Under the pieces are notes generated by a model, which was not told where the DNA came from, searched no databases, and was given only the letters and a program-made list of their open reading frames with translations. Shown one piece after another: positions 19,472 through 28,721 of a stretch of 64,000 nucleotides of DNA (position 1 is its first letter; each line of letters starts with the position of its first letter). The DNA comes from Candidatus Woesearchaeota archaeon (GTDB taxonomy: Archaea; Nanobdellota; Nanobdellia; Woesearchaeales; DSVV01): positions 601 through 64,600 of the forward strand of contig JABJHR010000003.1 of the NCBI GenBank assembly GCA_018661705.1. Direction: 5' to 3'. The translations under genes and the position numbers were made by a program.

Positions 19472-20353
19472 TTAAGTACATCTTCCTTCTGAGCAACTAT
19501 TAGGACATTCCATGGTCGTATAACCAACACCACCATTTGAACCACATTTATACTCTTTCAAGGTTTTTCCATTTAAACAAGAATCAGAAACAAGACCTTG
19601 TGCACCAGATCCAGACATACCGCCCTTCACTACTCCTTTAACAGTAGGTTCTTCACCACCATCTGAATCAGTACATTTAACTGTTCGACATTTACCTTCT
19701 ACGCAACCAAAATCGCAAGATGCAATTTTAAAGTTAGCAAAACCATCTTTATCACAATAATGTTCTGTTAATTTTTTTGCTGAGATACATTTATCATTTT
19801 CATCAACTTGTTGTCCTTCTTTTTTTTGACCAGTGGTTGTACCAGTTTCAAAAACATTAAATCCATTATCTGTTTCTCGGCATAAGTCTTCTCCACATTG
19901 TCCCTCAGTACAACCATATTCACATTTTTGAAGATTATATGCTTTTTTGCTACAATCTGAAAACTGATAATACTTTTCTACAAAAATTCTACCGTGTGGA
20001 TCTTTGTTTTTCCCACAACGCTCTGTTCCAGGTAAATATCCGTCATCACAAAAACCTCGGTCTTTAATGTAAATTTCACAACCTTGATTACCTTCAATAA
20101 AACATTGACAATATTTGTCTTGTCGTTCATAAACTGGGGGGGGATATTCTTGTTCTGCTATATCTATACAATCTTGATAAGAACCTAATTGTTCAAAAGA
20201 CACTTCGGCAACAGCATAACCCTGCATTGCAAGTGTTGCTTTTCCAACAAAGGTCGGATTTGAACCAAGGATAGAAAAGACCAAAAGAATTGCAATAATC
20301 CCTACTAAAAATAAGAATATATTTGATATTTTTTGAAGTTTCATAATAATCAC
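19472..20353 (-). CDS. Secreted cysteine-rich protein (~30 Cys).
   Basis: N-terminal signal/TM MKLQKISNIFLFLVGIIAILLVFSILG, then repeated Cys spacings (C..C, CxxGxC). Confidence 0.5.
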   Translation of the reverse strand: MIIMKLQKISNIFLFLVGIIAILLVFSILGSNPTFVGKATLAMQGYAVAEVSFEQLGSYQDCIDIAEQEYPPPVYERQDKYCQCFIEGNQGCEIYIKDRGFCDDGYLPGTERCGKNKDPHGRIFVEKYYQFSDCSKKAYNLQKCEYGCTEGQCGEDLCRETDNGFNVFETGTTTGQKKEGQQVDENDKCISAKKLTEHYCDKDGFANFKIASCDFGCVEGKCRTVKCTDSDGGEEPTVKGVVKGGMSGSGAQGLVSDSCLNGKTLKEYKCGSNGGVGYTTMECPNSCSEGRCT

Positions 20354-20483
20354 CTTTTTTTGTTATTGAAAGTATATGTATAGTTAATTTTTTTAGATAT
20401 ATATAAATATATTGGTTATTTATACAATTAAACACCAAAACACCACAAATAATAAAAACCAGTAGTACGAAACAAGTATTAAT

Positions 20484-21161
20484 ATGAGAGTTTTAGCTGT
20501 AGCAGATATCCATGGAAACCAAAAAGCCATTGAAAAGGTTAAAAAAAAAGCAAAAAAGGTTGATTTAGTAATTATGGGTGGTGACTTTACAATTTTTGGT
20601 AACCATATGGAACAAATAATGCGAAAATTAAATGCCATGAAAAAAAAGACACTTGTTATTACTGGAAATCATGAAACAGAAAGCAAAGTAAGGACCTTGT
20701 GTAAAAAATTCAAAAATTTGTATTTTATGAATAATAAAATTATGAAGATAAACAACATTCTAATTTATGGTTATGATACAAATGGTTTTAGTTTTAGGGA
20801 TCGACCATTTGAAAAAGATAGTAAAAAGTTTGTAAAAGCAATAAAAAAAGAAAGAGCTGTCTTAAAAAAAACAAATAAGAAAAGAAAAGACAAAATCAAA
20901 CTCGCAGATGCAAAATATAAAAAACCAAAGATTCAGATATTAAAGACAATATTTATTAGTCATGCACCAGCTTACAAAACAAAAGCTGACAAAATTATGG
21001 ATGAACATTGTGGCAGTAAATCAGTCAGAGATTTCTGCATAAAGAATAAAATAGATTATTGCTTTTGTGGACATATCCATGAAGGAAGTCATACTGTTGA
21101 CAAAGTTAAAAACACAATCGTTGTTAATTCAGGACCATATGGCATGGTGTTTGAGATATAA
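20484..21161 (+). CDS. Calcineurin-like metallophosphoesterase.
   Basis: VADIHGN, GGDF, GNHE and GHIH motifs. Confidence 0.75.
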   Translation: MRVLAVADIHGNQKAIEKVKKKAKKVDLVIMGGDFTIFGNHMEQIMRKLNAMKKKTLVITGNHETESKVRTLCKKFKNLYFMNNKIMKINNILIYGYDTNGFSFRDRPFEKDSKKFVKAIKKERAVLKKTNKKRKDKIKLADAKYKKPKIQILKTIFISHAPAYKTKADKIMDEHCGSKSVRDFCIKNKIDYCFCGHIHEGSHTVDKVKNTIVVNSGPYGMVFEI

Positions 21162-21205
21162 TTAGATTCTGATTTTTTATAGAACTTGTTTTTTAAAATT
21201 ATTTT

Positions 21206-22195
21206 TTAATCAAACTTCATAACCCTACCATCAAAATCTTCTTTCATTAATAATACTACCCTACTTCCTTCTTTCTCGTCAATGATTTTATATCCAGTAA
21301 ACTCACAAATTTTTTTAGAAAATTCAACTATTTCAGGATGTCTTGGCATGTATTCAATTCCTAATCGTTCTCTGGCATAACCAACTGACATGTAGGATTT
21401 CACTTCTACAAACAATGGTTGTGCTAATTTAATTATTTCTGCCCATTGTTCTGGAAAAAGATCATTCATGCCCTTAATAATTGTAAATCTCAAACTAGTT
21501 CTTGCTTTTTCTCTCCATTTGGGCAGTAATGATAAAGTTTTCATTAATCTTTGCCAACCATCTTTTAATAGAGGATTATCAATCTTCTTAAACAATTCTT
21601 CATTAGGAGCATCTACTGAAACATAAAGTTGTGTAGGTAATGCATCTTCTTTTTCTAATTTTTCTAAAACTTCTGGTTGTAAACCATTTGTAACTAAAAA
21701 AGATGTGGCCCCAATACCATGGATTGTTTTAATTAATTCACCAAGTTTAGGATAAAGGGTTGGTTCTCCTGTTAAACTAATTGCAAAATGTTTAGGTAAA
21801 GATGCTTCTTTTAATTTTTCCATGTTAGTTCCATCATAACCACCTAAACCACTCAATAATTTTTTTTGCATTTTAAGACAACCATCAATTATTGATTTAG
21901 GATCATCAATTTCTCCCTCAATTTTAATAGAAGTATGTGCAGATGTATCTCTCCAACACAAAACACAACGATTGTTGCAGACCATAATAGGGGTCATTTG
22001 GCAACAAAGATGGCATCTAATACCATAGAACTGTTCTTTATAACAAACATCTTCTTCTTTAATTGATCTTTTAGTATAAGTACAAATCTTGCAAGCACTA
22101 TGTTGACCTACAAACCCATACTGCTGCTTTTGAAGCTGTTTTCTTATTTTTTCTTCATGATTCTCATCTTTCATTGCCATTAGGTAAAGAATCAT
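21206..22195 (-). CDS. taw1: tRNA 4-demethylwyosine synthase (TYW1/Taw1), a radical SAM enzyme.
   Basis: CYKEQFYGIRCH ... MVCNNRCVLCWR closely parallels the TYW1 signature (CYKHTFYGI ... CANKCVFCWR). The auxiliary N-terminal Cys cluster and a GEPTLYP motif are present. Confidence 0.75.
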   Translation of the reverse strand: MILYLMAMKDENHEEKIRKQLQKQQYGFVGQHSACKICTYTKRSIKEEDVCYKEQFYGIRCHLCCQMTPIMVCNNRCVLCWRDTSAHTSIKIEGEIDDPKSIIDGCLKMQKKLLSGLGGYDGTNMEKLKEASLPKHFAISLTGEPTLYPKLGELIKTIHGIGATSFLVTNGLQPEVLEKLEKEDALPTQLYVSVDAPNEELFKKIDNPLLKDGWQRLMKTLSLLPKWREKARTSLRFTIIKGMNDLFPEQWAEIIKLAQPLFVEVKSYMSVGYARERLGIEYMPRHPEIVEFSKKICEFTGYKIIDEKEGSRVVLLMKEDFDGRVMKFD

Positions 22196-22272
22196 TACCT
22201 AATTTAAAAAAATTCCCCATTATTACATAGAAATTGCAAAATCTAAGGGTGCAGATATAATAAAAAATATAA

Positions 22273-23379
22273 ATGGCACACATACTTAAAATATCTATGA
22301 AAAAGCTAATTAAAGATAATCTTAAACTATTTTACAATGTTTTAGTGTTTTCTAAGCGTACATTAAGCTTAAGAGACAGATTTTTCCTATTTAGACATCT
22401 TGATAGAATATGGGGGAAAGTTTGTGAAACACCTCACCTCAATTTTTTGTCTCAATTAACAGATTATAAACTAATCGGGGATGTTCTTGATGGAGATGTT
22501 GAACATTTTTACAAGTCACGAAATAGACTATGGTTTAAAAATTACTTTGAAGATCGAGATTTATATGAGATAATAAAACAAGATATTGAAAAACTTTATC
22601 CAAAGTATAAAGAAATAAAGCTTACCATTACCCACAAAGGCATTATTGTTTTTGATAATTACAAACCCAACAAATTTAATTCATTATTATTAACAATACA
22701 TAATGGGACTTGGATAGATAAAGAAATTAAAAAAAATATGGCAATGCCAGACAAAAAAAGACTAACAGAAGAAGATTTAGGTTCTGGAATGTTATATGCA
22801 ATGACTGTTTTAGAAGAAGGTGGTATATGGATTGATTGTAAACAATCCAGATTTATGTGTGATTTTAACAGAAGCTATGCTAAAGCCATTTATGCAAATA
22901 ATCAAGAAAAAATGTTAAGGTCTGTATGGAAAGAAGAGTTAAATGAACAACAAAAAGAAATTATTTTAGATTCATATAGGCATTTTTATTATATTCTTTC
23001 TAGACTAATAAGTTCTTATAGATTCAACATAATCTTTGATGGACATTCAATGCGAGATAAAGATAACAGACCAGAAATAAGTTTTGGTACAAAATATGTA
23101 CCTGCATTTTATATGCCAATTGTTCAAGCATTTAGACAACGATTAAAAAAGTTAGATTATAAAGACGTTAGAATTAATGATCCATATAAGGGTGGTTATA
23201 TTTTAAAGTTTCTTACTAGCAAATTTCCAAACGTGTTTATATTTTCCATGGAAGTTAATAAGAAACTTTATATGCGAGCTGATGAAACAACCATTGTTAA
23301 AAGTAAAGTTGATAAAATTTCTCAAGACATCATAAAAATGTTAAAAATAGAAGCAGATGAAAATGGCGAAGTTAAATAA
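22273..23379 (+). CDS. Hypothetical protein, possibly an N-formylglutamate amidohydrolase (FGase)-like hydrolase.
   Basis: No strong motif. IIFDGHSM and its 23-nt overlap with the downstream GCS2 ligase suggest an FGase-like amidohydrolase partner. This is inference only. Confidence 0.3.
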   Translation: MAHILKISMKKLIKDNLKLFYNVLVFSKRTLSLRDRFFLFRHLDRIWGKVCETPHLNFLSQLTDYKLIGDVLDGDVEHFYKSRNRLWFKNYFEDRDLYEIIKQDIEKLYPKYKEIKLTITHKGIIVFDNYKPNKFNSLLLTIHNGTWIDKEIKKNMAMPDKKRLTEEDLGSGMLYAMTVLEEGGIWIDCKQSRFMCDFNRSYAKAIYANNQEKMLRSVWKEELNEQQKEIILDSYRHFYYILSRLISSYRFNIIFDGHSMRDKDNRPEISFGTKYVPAFYMPIVQAFRQRLKKLDYKDVRINDPYKGGYILKFLTSKFPNVFIFSMEVNKKLYMRADETTIVKSKVDKISQDIIKMLKIEADENGEVK

Positions 23380-24772
23380 AGAAAAAGAAGAATTAAATCT
23401 CGAGTCTAAAAACCAAGGAAATAATAAAAAAAGACCCTTGAAAAGATCCATGATAGGACTTGAAATGGAATTTATGCTTTTAAATAATAAGGGCAAAGTA
23501 GTTAATAAAGCAGACGAGATTCTTGCGGCAGTTAAAAAAAAAGAACCTGAAACAAACATTGTCAAAGAATGCGGCAAAAATATGGTTGAACTTGGTTGTT
23601 ATCCTTCTGTTAAAATGTTTAACACGGCATTAGATATCCTAAAACATGCTGAAACATTATATGATGTAGCATCAAAAAAAGATTTATTACTACATTGTTT
23701 TGGAACTTACCCAGGAAAATTTGATCCTGAAGTAAGAAATAATATTAATTATTTAATGAAAAAAAAGATATTTGGAGAAGAACGATTTTTAGCAGCAGCA
23801 AGATGTATTGGTTTTCATCACCATTATGCCTTACCGAGGGGAATGTATAATCCATTAACTAAATTTATAAGAGTAACTTTTGATGGAAAAATTAAGAGAA
23901 GTTTTATGGGAAGTTATAACTTTGAAATTGCGGCAGATCCTGCTTTAACATGTATTATGCAATCTTCTCCATTTTATCAAGGCCAACATTTTGCAATGGA
24001 CACAAGACTACCAGTTTATAGAGGAGGGAAAAAATTAAAATACATGGATGGAGTTTATGCAAACTTACAACAGATTGGTGGGCTACCACCATATAAACAA
24101 ACAGAGATGGATTTAATTGAATCATTAAATAGAAAAGTACAAAGATGGATGAAGGTATTAAAAAAACATAATGAAAATGCAAAATTTGATGAAATTTATA
24201 ATAGCAAATTAGATGTTAATTGGGGACCTGTAAAAGTAAATAATCATGGAACACTAGAACAAAGAGGTATGGACATGAATTACCCCAGCAATATTATGGC
24301 TACTTCTGTACTTCTTAAATTTTGTTTAATGAAAATTCACAGAGAATTTTTAGAAGTTGAACCTGCTGATATTGGAATAAAAGAACCATTTAAGATTGAA
24401 GATAATAGAATGTATGTTCCACCACACACATTTGTTAGAAACAAACTTCAGTATTTTAGTGCATATGAAGGCCTTAATAATAAACACATGGAAAACTATG
24501 TTAAAAGGTTTCTAAGAATGGCAAAAAAGTTTACAAACAAAAGTTACCAAAAATCAATTAGACCAGTTATTAATATGTATGAAGAGAATAATACTGTTTC
24601 AACACAAATTCTTAAAAAAGCAAGAAAATTAGGTTGGGAAAAAGAAACCGAATTAGATAATGAAACCGCACAAGAACTTTCATTACATTTTACAGATAAG
24701 TTTTACAAAGATTTAGTTAATACAATTGAATTATTAAAAAAGATAGATGTTACCGCTAACTATAGTTTTTAA
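23357..24772 (+). CDS. GCS2-family carboxylate-amine ligase (YbdK / glutamate-cysteine ligase 2-like).
   Basis: MIGLEMEFMLLN (G.E.E... catalytic Glu motif) and GFHHHYAL (H.H motif) typical of GCS2. Confidence 0.6.
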   Translation: MKMAKLNKEKEELNLESKNQGNNKKRPLKRSMIGLEMEFMLLNNKGKVVNKADEILAAVKKKEPETNIVKECGKNMVELGCYPSVKMFNTALDILKHAETLYDVASKKDLLLHCFGTYPGKFDPEVRNNINYLMKKKIFGEERFLAAARCIGFHHHYALPRGMYNPLTKFIRVTFDGKIKRSFMGSYNFEIAADPALTCIMQSSPFYQGQHFAMDTRLPVYRGGKKLKYMDGVYANLQQIGGLPPYKQTEMDLIESLNRKVQRWMKVLKKHNENAKFDEIYNSKLDVNWGPVKVNNHGTLEQRGMDMNYPSNIMATSVLLKFCLMKIHREFLEVEPADIGIKEPFKIEDNRMYVPPHTFVRNKLQYFSAYEGLNNKHMENYVKRFLRMAKKFTNKSYQKSIRPVINMYEENNTVSTQILKKARKLGWEKETELDNETAQELSLHFTDKFYKDLVNTIELLKKIDVTANYSF

Positions 24773-24814
24773 AATTAAATTTAGAAAATTAATTAGGGTT
24801 TAAGAGGTTAAAAA

Positions 24815-25291
24815 ATGAAATGTGAAGAAACAATTAAAAAAGTAGAAGAAAGCAATGAATTTAAAGAATTTAAAAAACAACATCCTAATGCTTATTTAAT
24901 ACATGTATTCATGATGGATGCAGCAAACACACAAGTTGGTTACTATTTAAAAGAAAACAAACACATAATTACTTTTGAAATTTCAGATGCTGGCATAAGA
25001 GCAGAAGAAGCAAAACCATTTCAAAAAGAAGAGCACGACATTGTTGCTCTTGACCTAGATAAAATAAAAGTAGATTTTGATGAAGCAAAAGAAATTGCAG
25101 TTAAGACGAAAGAAGAAAATTATAAAGGGGAAATCATAAACAAAAGTATTTTAATCTTACAAAATATTTCTGAAGGACAGATTTATAATGTTACGTTTAT
25201 TACTGCATCATTTAAAACATTAAATGTAAAAATAAATGCAGAGACAAAACAAATTATTGACCATAATCTTGCAACATTAATTGGACTTTAA
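24815..25291 (+). CDS. Hypothetical protein.
   Basis: ORF of 158 aa with no recognisable motif. Confidence 0.35.
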   Translation: MKCEETIKKVEESNEFKEFKKQHPNAYLIHVFMMDAANTQVGYYLKENKHIITFEISDAGIRAEEAKPFQKEEHDIVALDLDKIKVDFDEAKEIAVKTKEENYKGEIINKSILILQNISEGQIYNVTFITASFKTLNVKINAETKQIIDHNLATLIGL

Positions 25292-25917
25292 TTTTTTATC
25301 TTTTTCTTATTCTGAGAGGGTTCTTTTACAAATAATGATAGCAGAAATATTAAAAGGCCCACCAAAATTACGTTTATAAAAGCATTGTTCTTAAGTTTTG
25401 TATTAAAAAAGAGACTCATACCAGTAATTAAATTATGTTCTTCATGATTTATGGAATTATTAAGAGACGTGTCAGTAAGACCATCATTTAAAGATTCATT
25501 TGCGAAATAAAATTCAATAGGATTAATTTGATTAGTAATATTAAGTCTGGCTTTTACACCAATACTGCTTTTAATTTTTCTTCCAGGTTTATAGACGGAG
25601 ATAAGAATAATATCTTCATAAATTTTGCTATCAAAACCTTGTTTTTTATTTACAACCACAGAAATACTTTTTTTACTATTCTTAGACAATTTACCTTCTG
25701 ATGGGAAAAAGCTCAGAAATTCATTTGTTGAGGAAACTACAAAATCAAAACTCGCATTATTTGAATTAATAATCCATAAAGTCTGATTTACAGATTCATT
25801 TTCAAGAAAAATCTTTGGTGGACTAACACCAATACTAGCAGCATTAACAGAGATTGAAAATAAAGATAAACCAAGAACAAAAAAGATAAGAAATAAAAAA
25901 AAATTTAATTTGTTCAT
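25288..25917 (-). CDS. Secreted/membrane-anchored hypothetical protein.
   Basis: Signal peptide MNKLNFFLFLIFFVLGLSLFSISVNA, a C-terminal hydrophobic anchor and a basic tail. There is a 4-nt overlap with the upstream LTD gene. Confidence 0.45.
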   Translation of the reverse strand: MNKLNFFLFLIFFVLGLSLFSISVNAASIGVSPPKIFLENESVNQTLWIINSNNASFDFVVSSTNEFLSFFPSEGKLSKNSKKSISVVVNKKQGFDSKIYEDIILISVYKPGRKIKSSIGVKARLNITNQINPIEFYFANESLNDGLTDTSLNNSINHEEHNLITGMSLFFNTKLKNNAFINVILVGLLIFLLSLFVKEPSQNKKKIKN

Positions 25918-27308
25918 GAAGCAACACCCACAATGTTCATGTTTGCACCATACATGTCTGGTTTCAAATATTTTTCAAGGTGTAATTTAAAACCAAGACC
26001 AATTGTTTGGTTCACACCAAAATTTAAACTTTCCATTGCCATTACCAACTCAGGTGTTACATTATAATATTCTGCACCAAGACTATATTGTAGGTTATTA
26101 TCATTAATTGCAAGATCACCACTATAAATACCATAACTTAAGTTTGTATTACCTAAATTTTTAATTGTTGGGCTAGTTGTAGTACTAAAATCTAAATCGC
26201 CATTAATTTCTGCAGTTTCTTTATTCTTTGCATTATCAAACACAAGAGATTCAGCATCAATATCAAAGGCAATTAATGGTAAATATTCCATTACAAAATT
26301 TTGTTCACTATTTTCACTACTTTTATCAGTAGCACTTAACAAAAGATTATAATCACCTGGCGCATTGTAATAATCAAAAAGAACATCTCCTGAAAATAAA
26401 ACCCAGTCAGTATTATTCTCAGTGTTTGTTAGTACTACTTCTTGCACATAATCTTGCGCCGTAATTAAAACTTTAACATTGTTAATATCAGAAACACCAT
26501 CATTATCTGCAACAACAACATTTAATGGAATTGTTTTTATTGCACCGGGTTCTGGTAATACTTGGTATCCTTCTTCTTCATTATCATCTACAGTGAGATT
26601 ATAGTTTAGAATAAGGGGAAGGGAATTAGTGAGATTAATAAACAAGGGTAGATCCACTTCAGAGTCATCTGTATCAGGATCTTCTTGTTCTTCCTCACCA
26701 CCATTCCCTTCATCTTCGGGATCACCCTGTGGGACTTCAACCACAGAACTAGAGTTGTGAAAATTAGGTTGAGAAATTATTAAGTCATTAAGATTATTGT
26801 CAGTATCTACAAAATTTAGTCTTGCTAAAACAAAACCAGAATCTGGATTATAAGCAGGTGTTGTTTCATATAATCCTGGTTCAATACTTTCAGTATCACC
26901 CCAACCAATTACATCAACAATAACATCTTCTGCAGTAATTAATGCTATACCAGAATTTGTATTATACATTGTTAGTGCTTCTTCATGGTCTGCATTTGGC
27001 CAAGATTCGTTATCTTTAAGAACACCCCAGCCATTATCAGCAATCAAATAATAACTATTTGCGCTGATAATGGCTCCATCTAATAAAGTCACATCACTAT
27101 TGCTACTTTCAGTTTTTATTTTGTATCCAGAAATATCAATCTCTGATGTCGTAGGATTGTATAATTCAATTGCTTCCCCACCTGCTTCAGTATCCACTGC
27201 ATCAACATAAACTTGATTAATAACAATATGTTCTGTTGCCATTGCTGAAATTGCAACTACAAGTATAAAAAAACCAATTATTGGTAATAATAAAACTATC
27301 TTTCTCAT
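25914..27308 (-). CDS. Secreted Lamin-tail-domain (LTD) protein.
   Basis: Signal peptide MRKIVLLLPIIGFFILVVAISAMA, then HIVINQVYVD ... GGEAIELYNPTTSEIDISGYKIK, the LTD signature (INE...E[FW]IELYN). The acidic linker is EEEQEDPDTDDSE. Confidence 0.6.
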   Translation of the reverse strand: MRKIVLLLPIIGFFILVVAISAMATEHIVINQVYVDAVDTEAGGEAIELYNPTTSEIDISGYKIKTESSNSDVTLLDGAIISANSYYLIADNGWGVLKDNESWPNADHEEALTMYNTNSGIALITAEDVIVDVIGWGDTESIEPGLYETTPAYNPDSGFVLARLNFVDTDNNLNDLIISQPNFHNSSSVVEVPQGDPEDEGNGGEEEQEDPDTDDSEVDLPLFINLTNSLPLILNYNLTVDDNEEEGYQVLPEPGAIKTIPLNVVVADNDGVSDINNVKVLITAQDYVQEVVLTNTENNTDWVLFSGDVLFDYYNAPGDYNLLLSATDKSSENSEQNFVMEYLPLIAFDIDAESLVFDNAKNKETAEINGDLDFSTTTSPTIKNLGNTNLSYGIYSGDLAINDNNLQYSLGAEYYNVTPELVMAMESLNFGVNQTIGLGFKLHLEKYLKPDMYGANMNIVGVAS

Positions 27309-27567
27309 GATTTCACCTTTTTTAATTTTTTGTCATCATGAGATCAATTAACCCAAAAACTATAATGGAAAACTCCTTAAAATACTTTTACTAAGATTTT
27401 CTGAATAATTTCCGACGACAAGTAACAAAAACAATCAAATTTCGGAAATGGTATTTAAAGCAAGAAATATCATCGGAGATTTTGTATTGAATCTGAAAAG
27501 ATTCCGGAAGAAAAAGTAATATTTAAGTGTAAATTAAAAATAATAAAGAAAAATAAAAAGTAAAGAA

Positions 27568-28431
27568 TTAAACATTCATCCCTTTCAATCTACTTATCCT
27601 TTCTTTCATGGGTGGATGAGTACTTAATAATTTCATCATACCACTTCCCTTAAAAGGATTTGCAATAAATAATGATGACGTAGATGGACTACCCATCTTC
27701 ATTGGATTTTGTTTAATACCTGAATCTAGTTTTTCTAATGCACTTGCTAAACCATGAGAGCTATGCAATATTTTTGCTGCACTTTCGTCTGCTAAATATT
27801 CTCTGCTCCTAGAGATTGCTAATTGTATTAACATTGCTATAAGTGGCGTTATAATTGATAACACAAGTAAGCTAATTAAATTTCCACCATCTCTGCTTCT
27901 CCCACCAAGTCCACCAAAAATTGCACCCCATCTTGCCATGATAGCAAGATAAGAAATAACACCTGCAATTGTTGCTGCAACTGTTTGAATTAAAATATCC
28001 CTATTTTTAATATGACTAACTTCGTGAGCAATAACTCCTTTTAATTCATCCTTACTTAACAATTGCATTATTCCTTGCGTACATGCAACAACTGCGTGTT
28101 TAGGATCTCTACCTGTTGCAAATGCATTAGGAGACATAGTAGGAATAACATAAACCTTTGGCATTGGAATATTTGCTAGATGTGCAACTTCTCTTACTAA
28201 TTTAAATAATTCTGGTTGCTCTTTTTCAGTTGCTTCCTTTGCTTTATACATTGCTAAAACTAATTTATGAGAAAAAAAGTATGAGAACACATTCATTAAC
28301 ACTACAAAAACACCTGCAATTGCTAACCCAGTTGGTCCTGCAAGAGCCCTGCCTGCAAAAAGTAGCACAGCTGTTAACAAAGCCAATAAAATAAATGTCT
28401 TTAATTGATTCTTTATCATAATAACACCCAA
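27568..28431 (-). CDS. htpX: HtpX-like M48 zinc metalloprotease.
   Basis: IAHEVSHIKNRD (HExxH), 4 TM helices, a C-terminal MMKLLSTHPPM motif. Confidence 0.8.
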   Translation of the reverse strand: MGVIMIKNQLKTFILLALLTAVLLFAGRALAGPTGLAIAGVFVVLMNVFSYFFSHKLVLAMYKAKEATEKEQPELFKLVREVAHLANIPMPKVYVIPTMSPNAFATGRDPKHAVVACTQGIMQLLSKDELKGVIAHEVSHIKNRDILIQTVAATIAGVISYLAIMARWGAIFGGLGGRSRDGGNLISLLVLSIITPLIAMLIQLAISRSREYLADESAAKILHSSHGLASALEKLDSGIKQNPMKMGSPSTSSLFIANPFKGSGMMKLLSTHPPMKERISRLKGMNV

Positions 28432-28450
28432 TAGAATAGAGGAATTAAGG

Positions 28451-28460
28451 TTTTATAAAA
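28451..28460 (-). promoter_or_regulatory. TATA box (ttttataaaa) ~20-30 bp upstream of the htpX start.
   Basis: Canonical archaeal TATA-like element at promoter distance. Confidence 0.3.
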
Positions 28461-28686
28461 CTTGTGGAAAAGTATTAGTTTGTATTAAGAAAAAGATTGA
28501 AAATAAAAAGAAAATATAATCTTTTTGTGAGAAGCATTGGCTTCGCCCCGGTGTTGTAGCGTAACAGTTTACAATTTACTCTTCAGCTCCAGCCGTTAGG
28601 CTCCTTTTCTCACTAAGATTTTGATTTAATTTTTAAAATAGATTTAAACTTTGGCCGACAGGCTTTTTTCACTAAGAATTCTCACA

Positions 28687-28716
28687 TAAAAAAAGTAAAG
28701 AAAAGAAAAAAAACAA
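28687..28716 (-). terminator. Poly-T tract (archaeal-type terminator) immediately downstream of dnaG.
   Basis: The minus strand reads ttgttttttttcttttctttacttttttta directly after the dnaG stop. Confidence 0.3.
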
Positions 28717-28721
28717 CTTAT

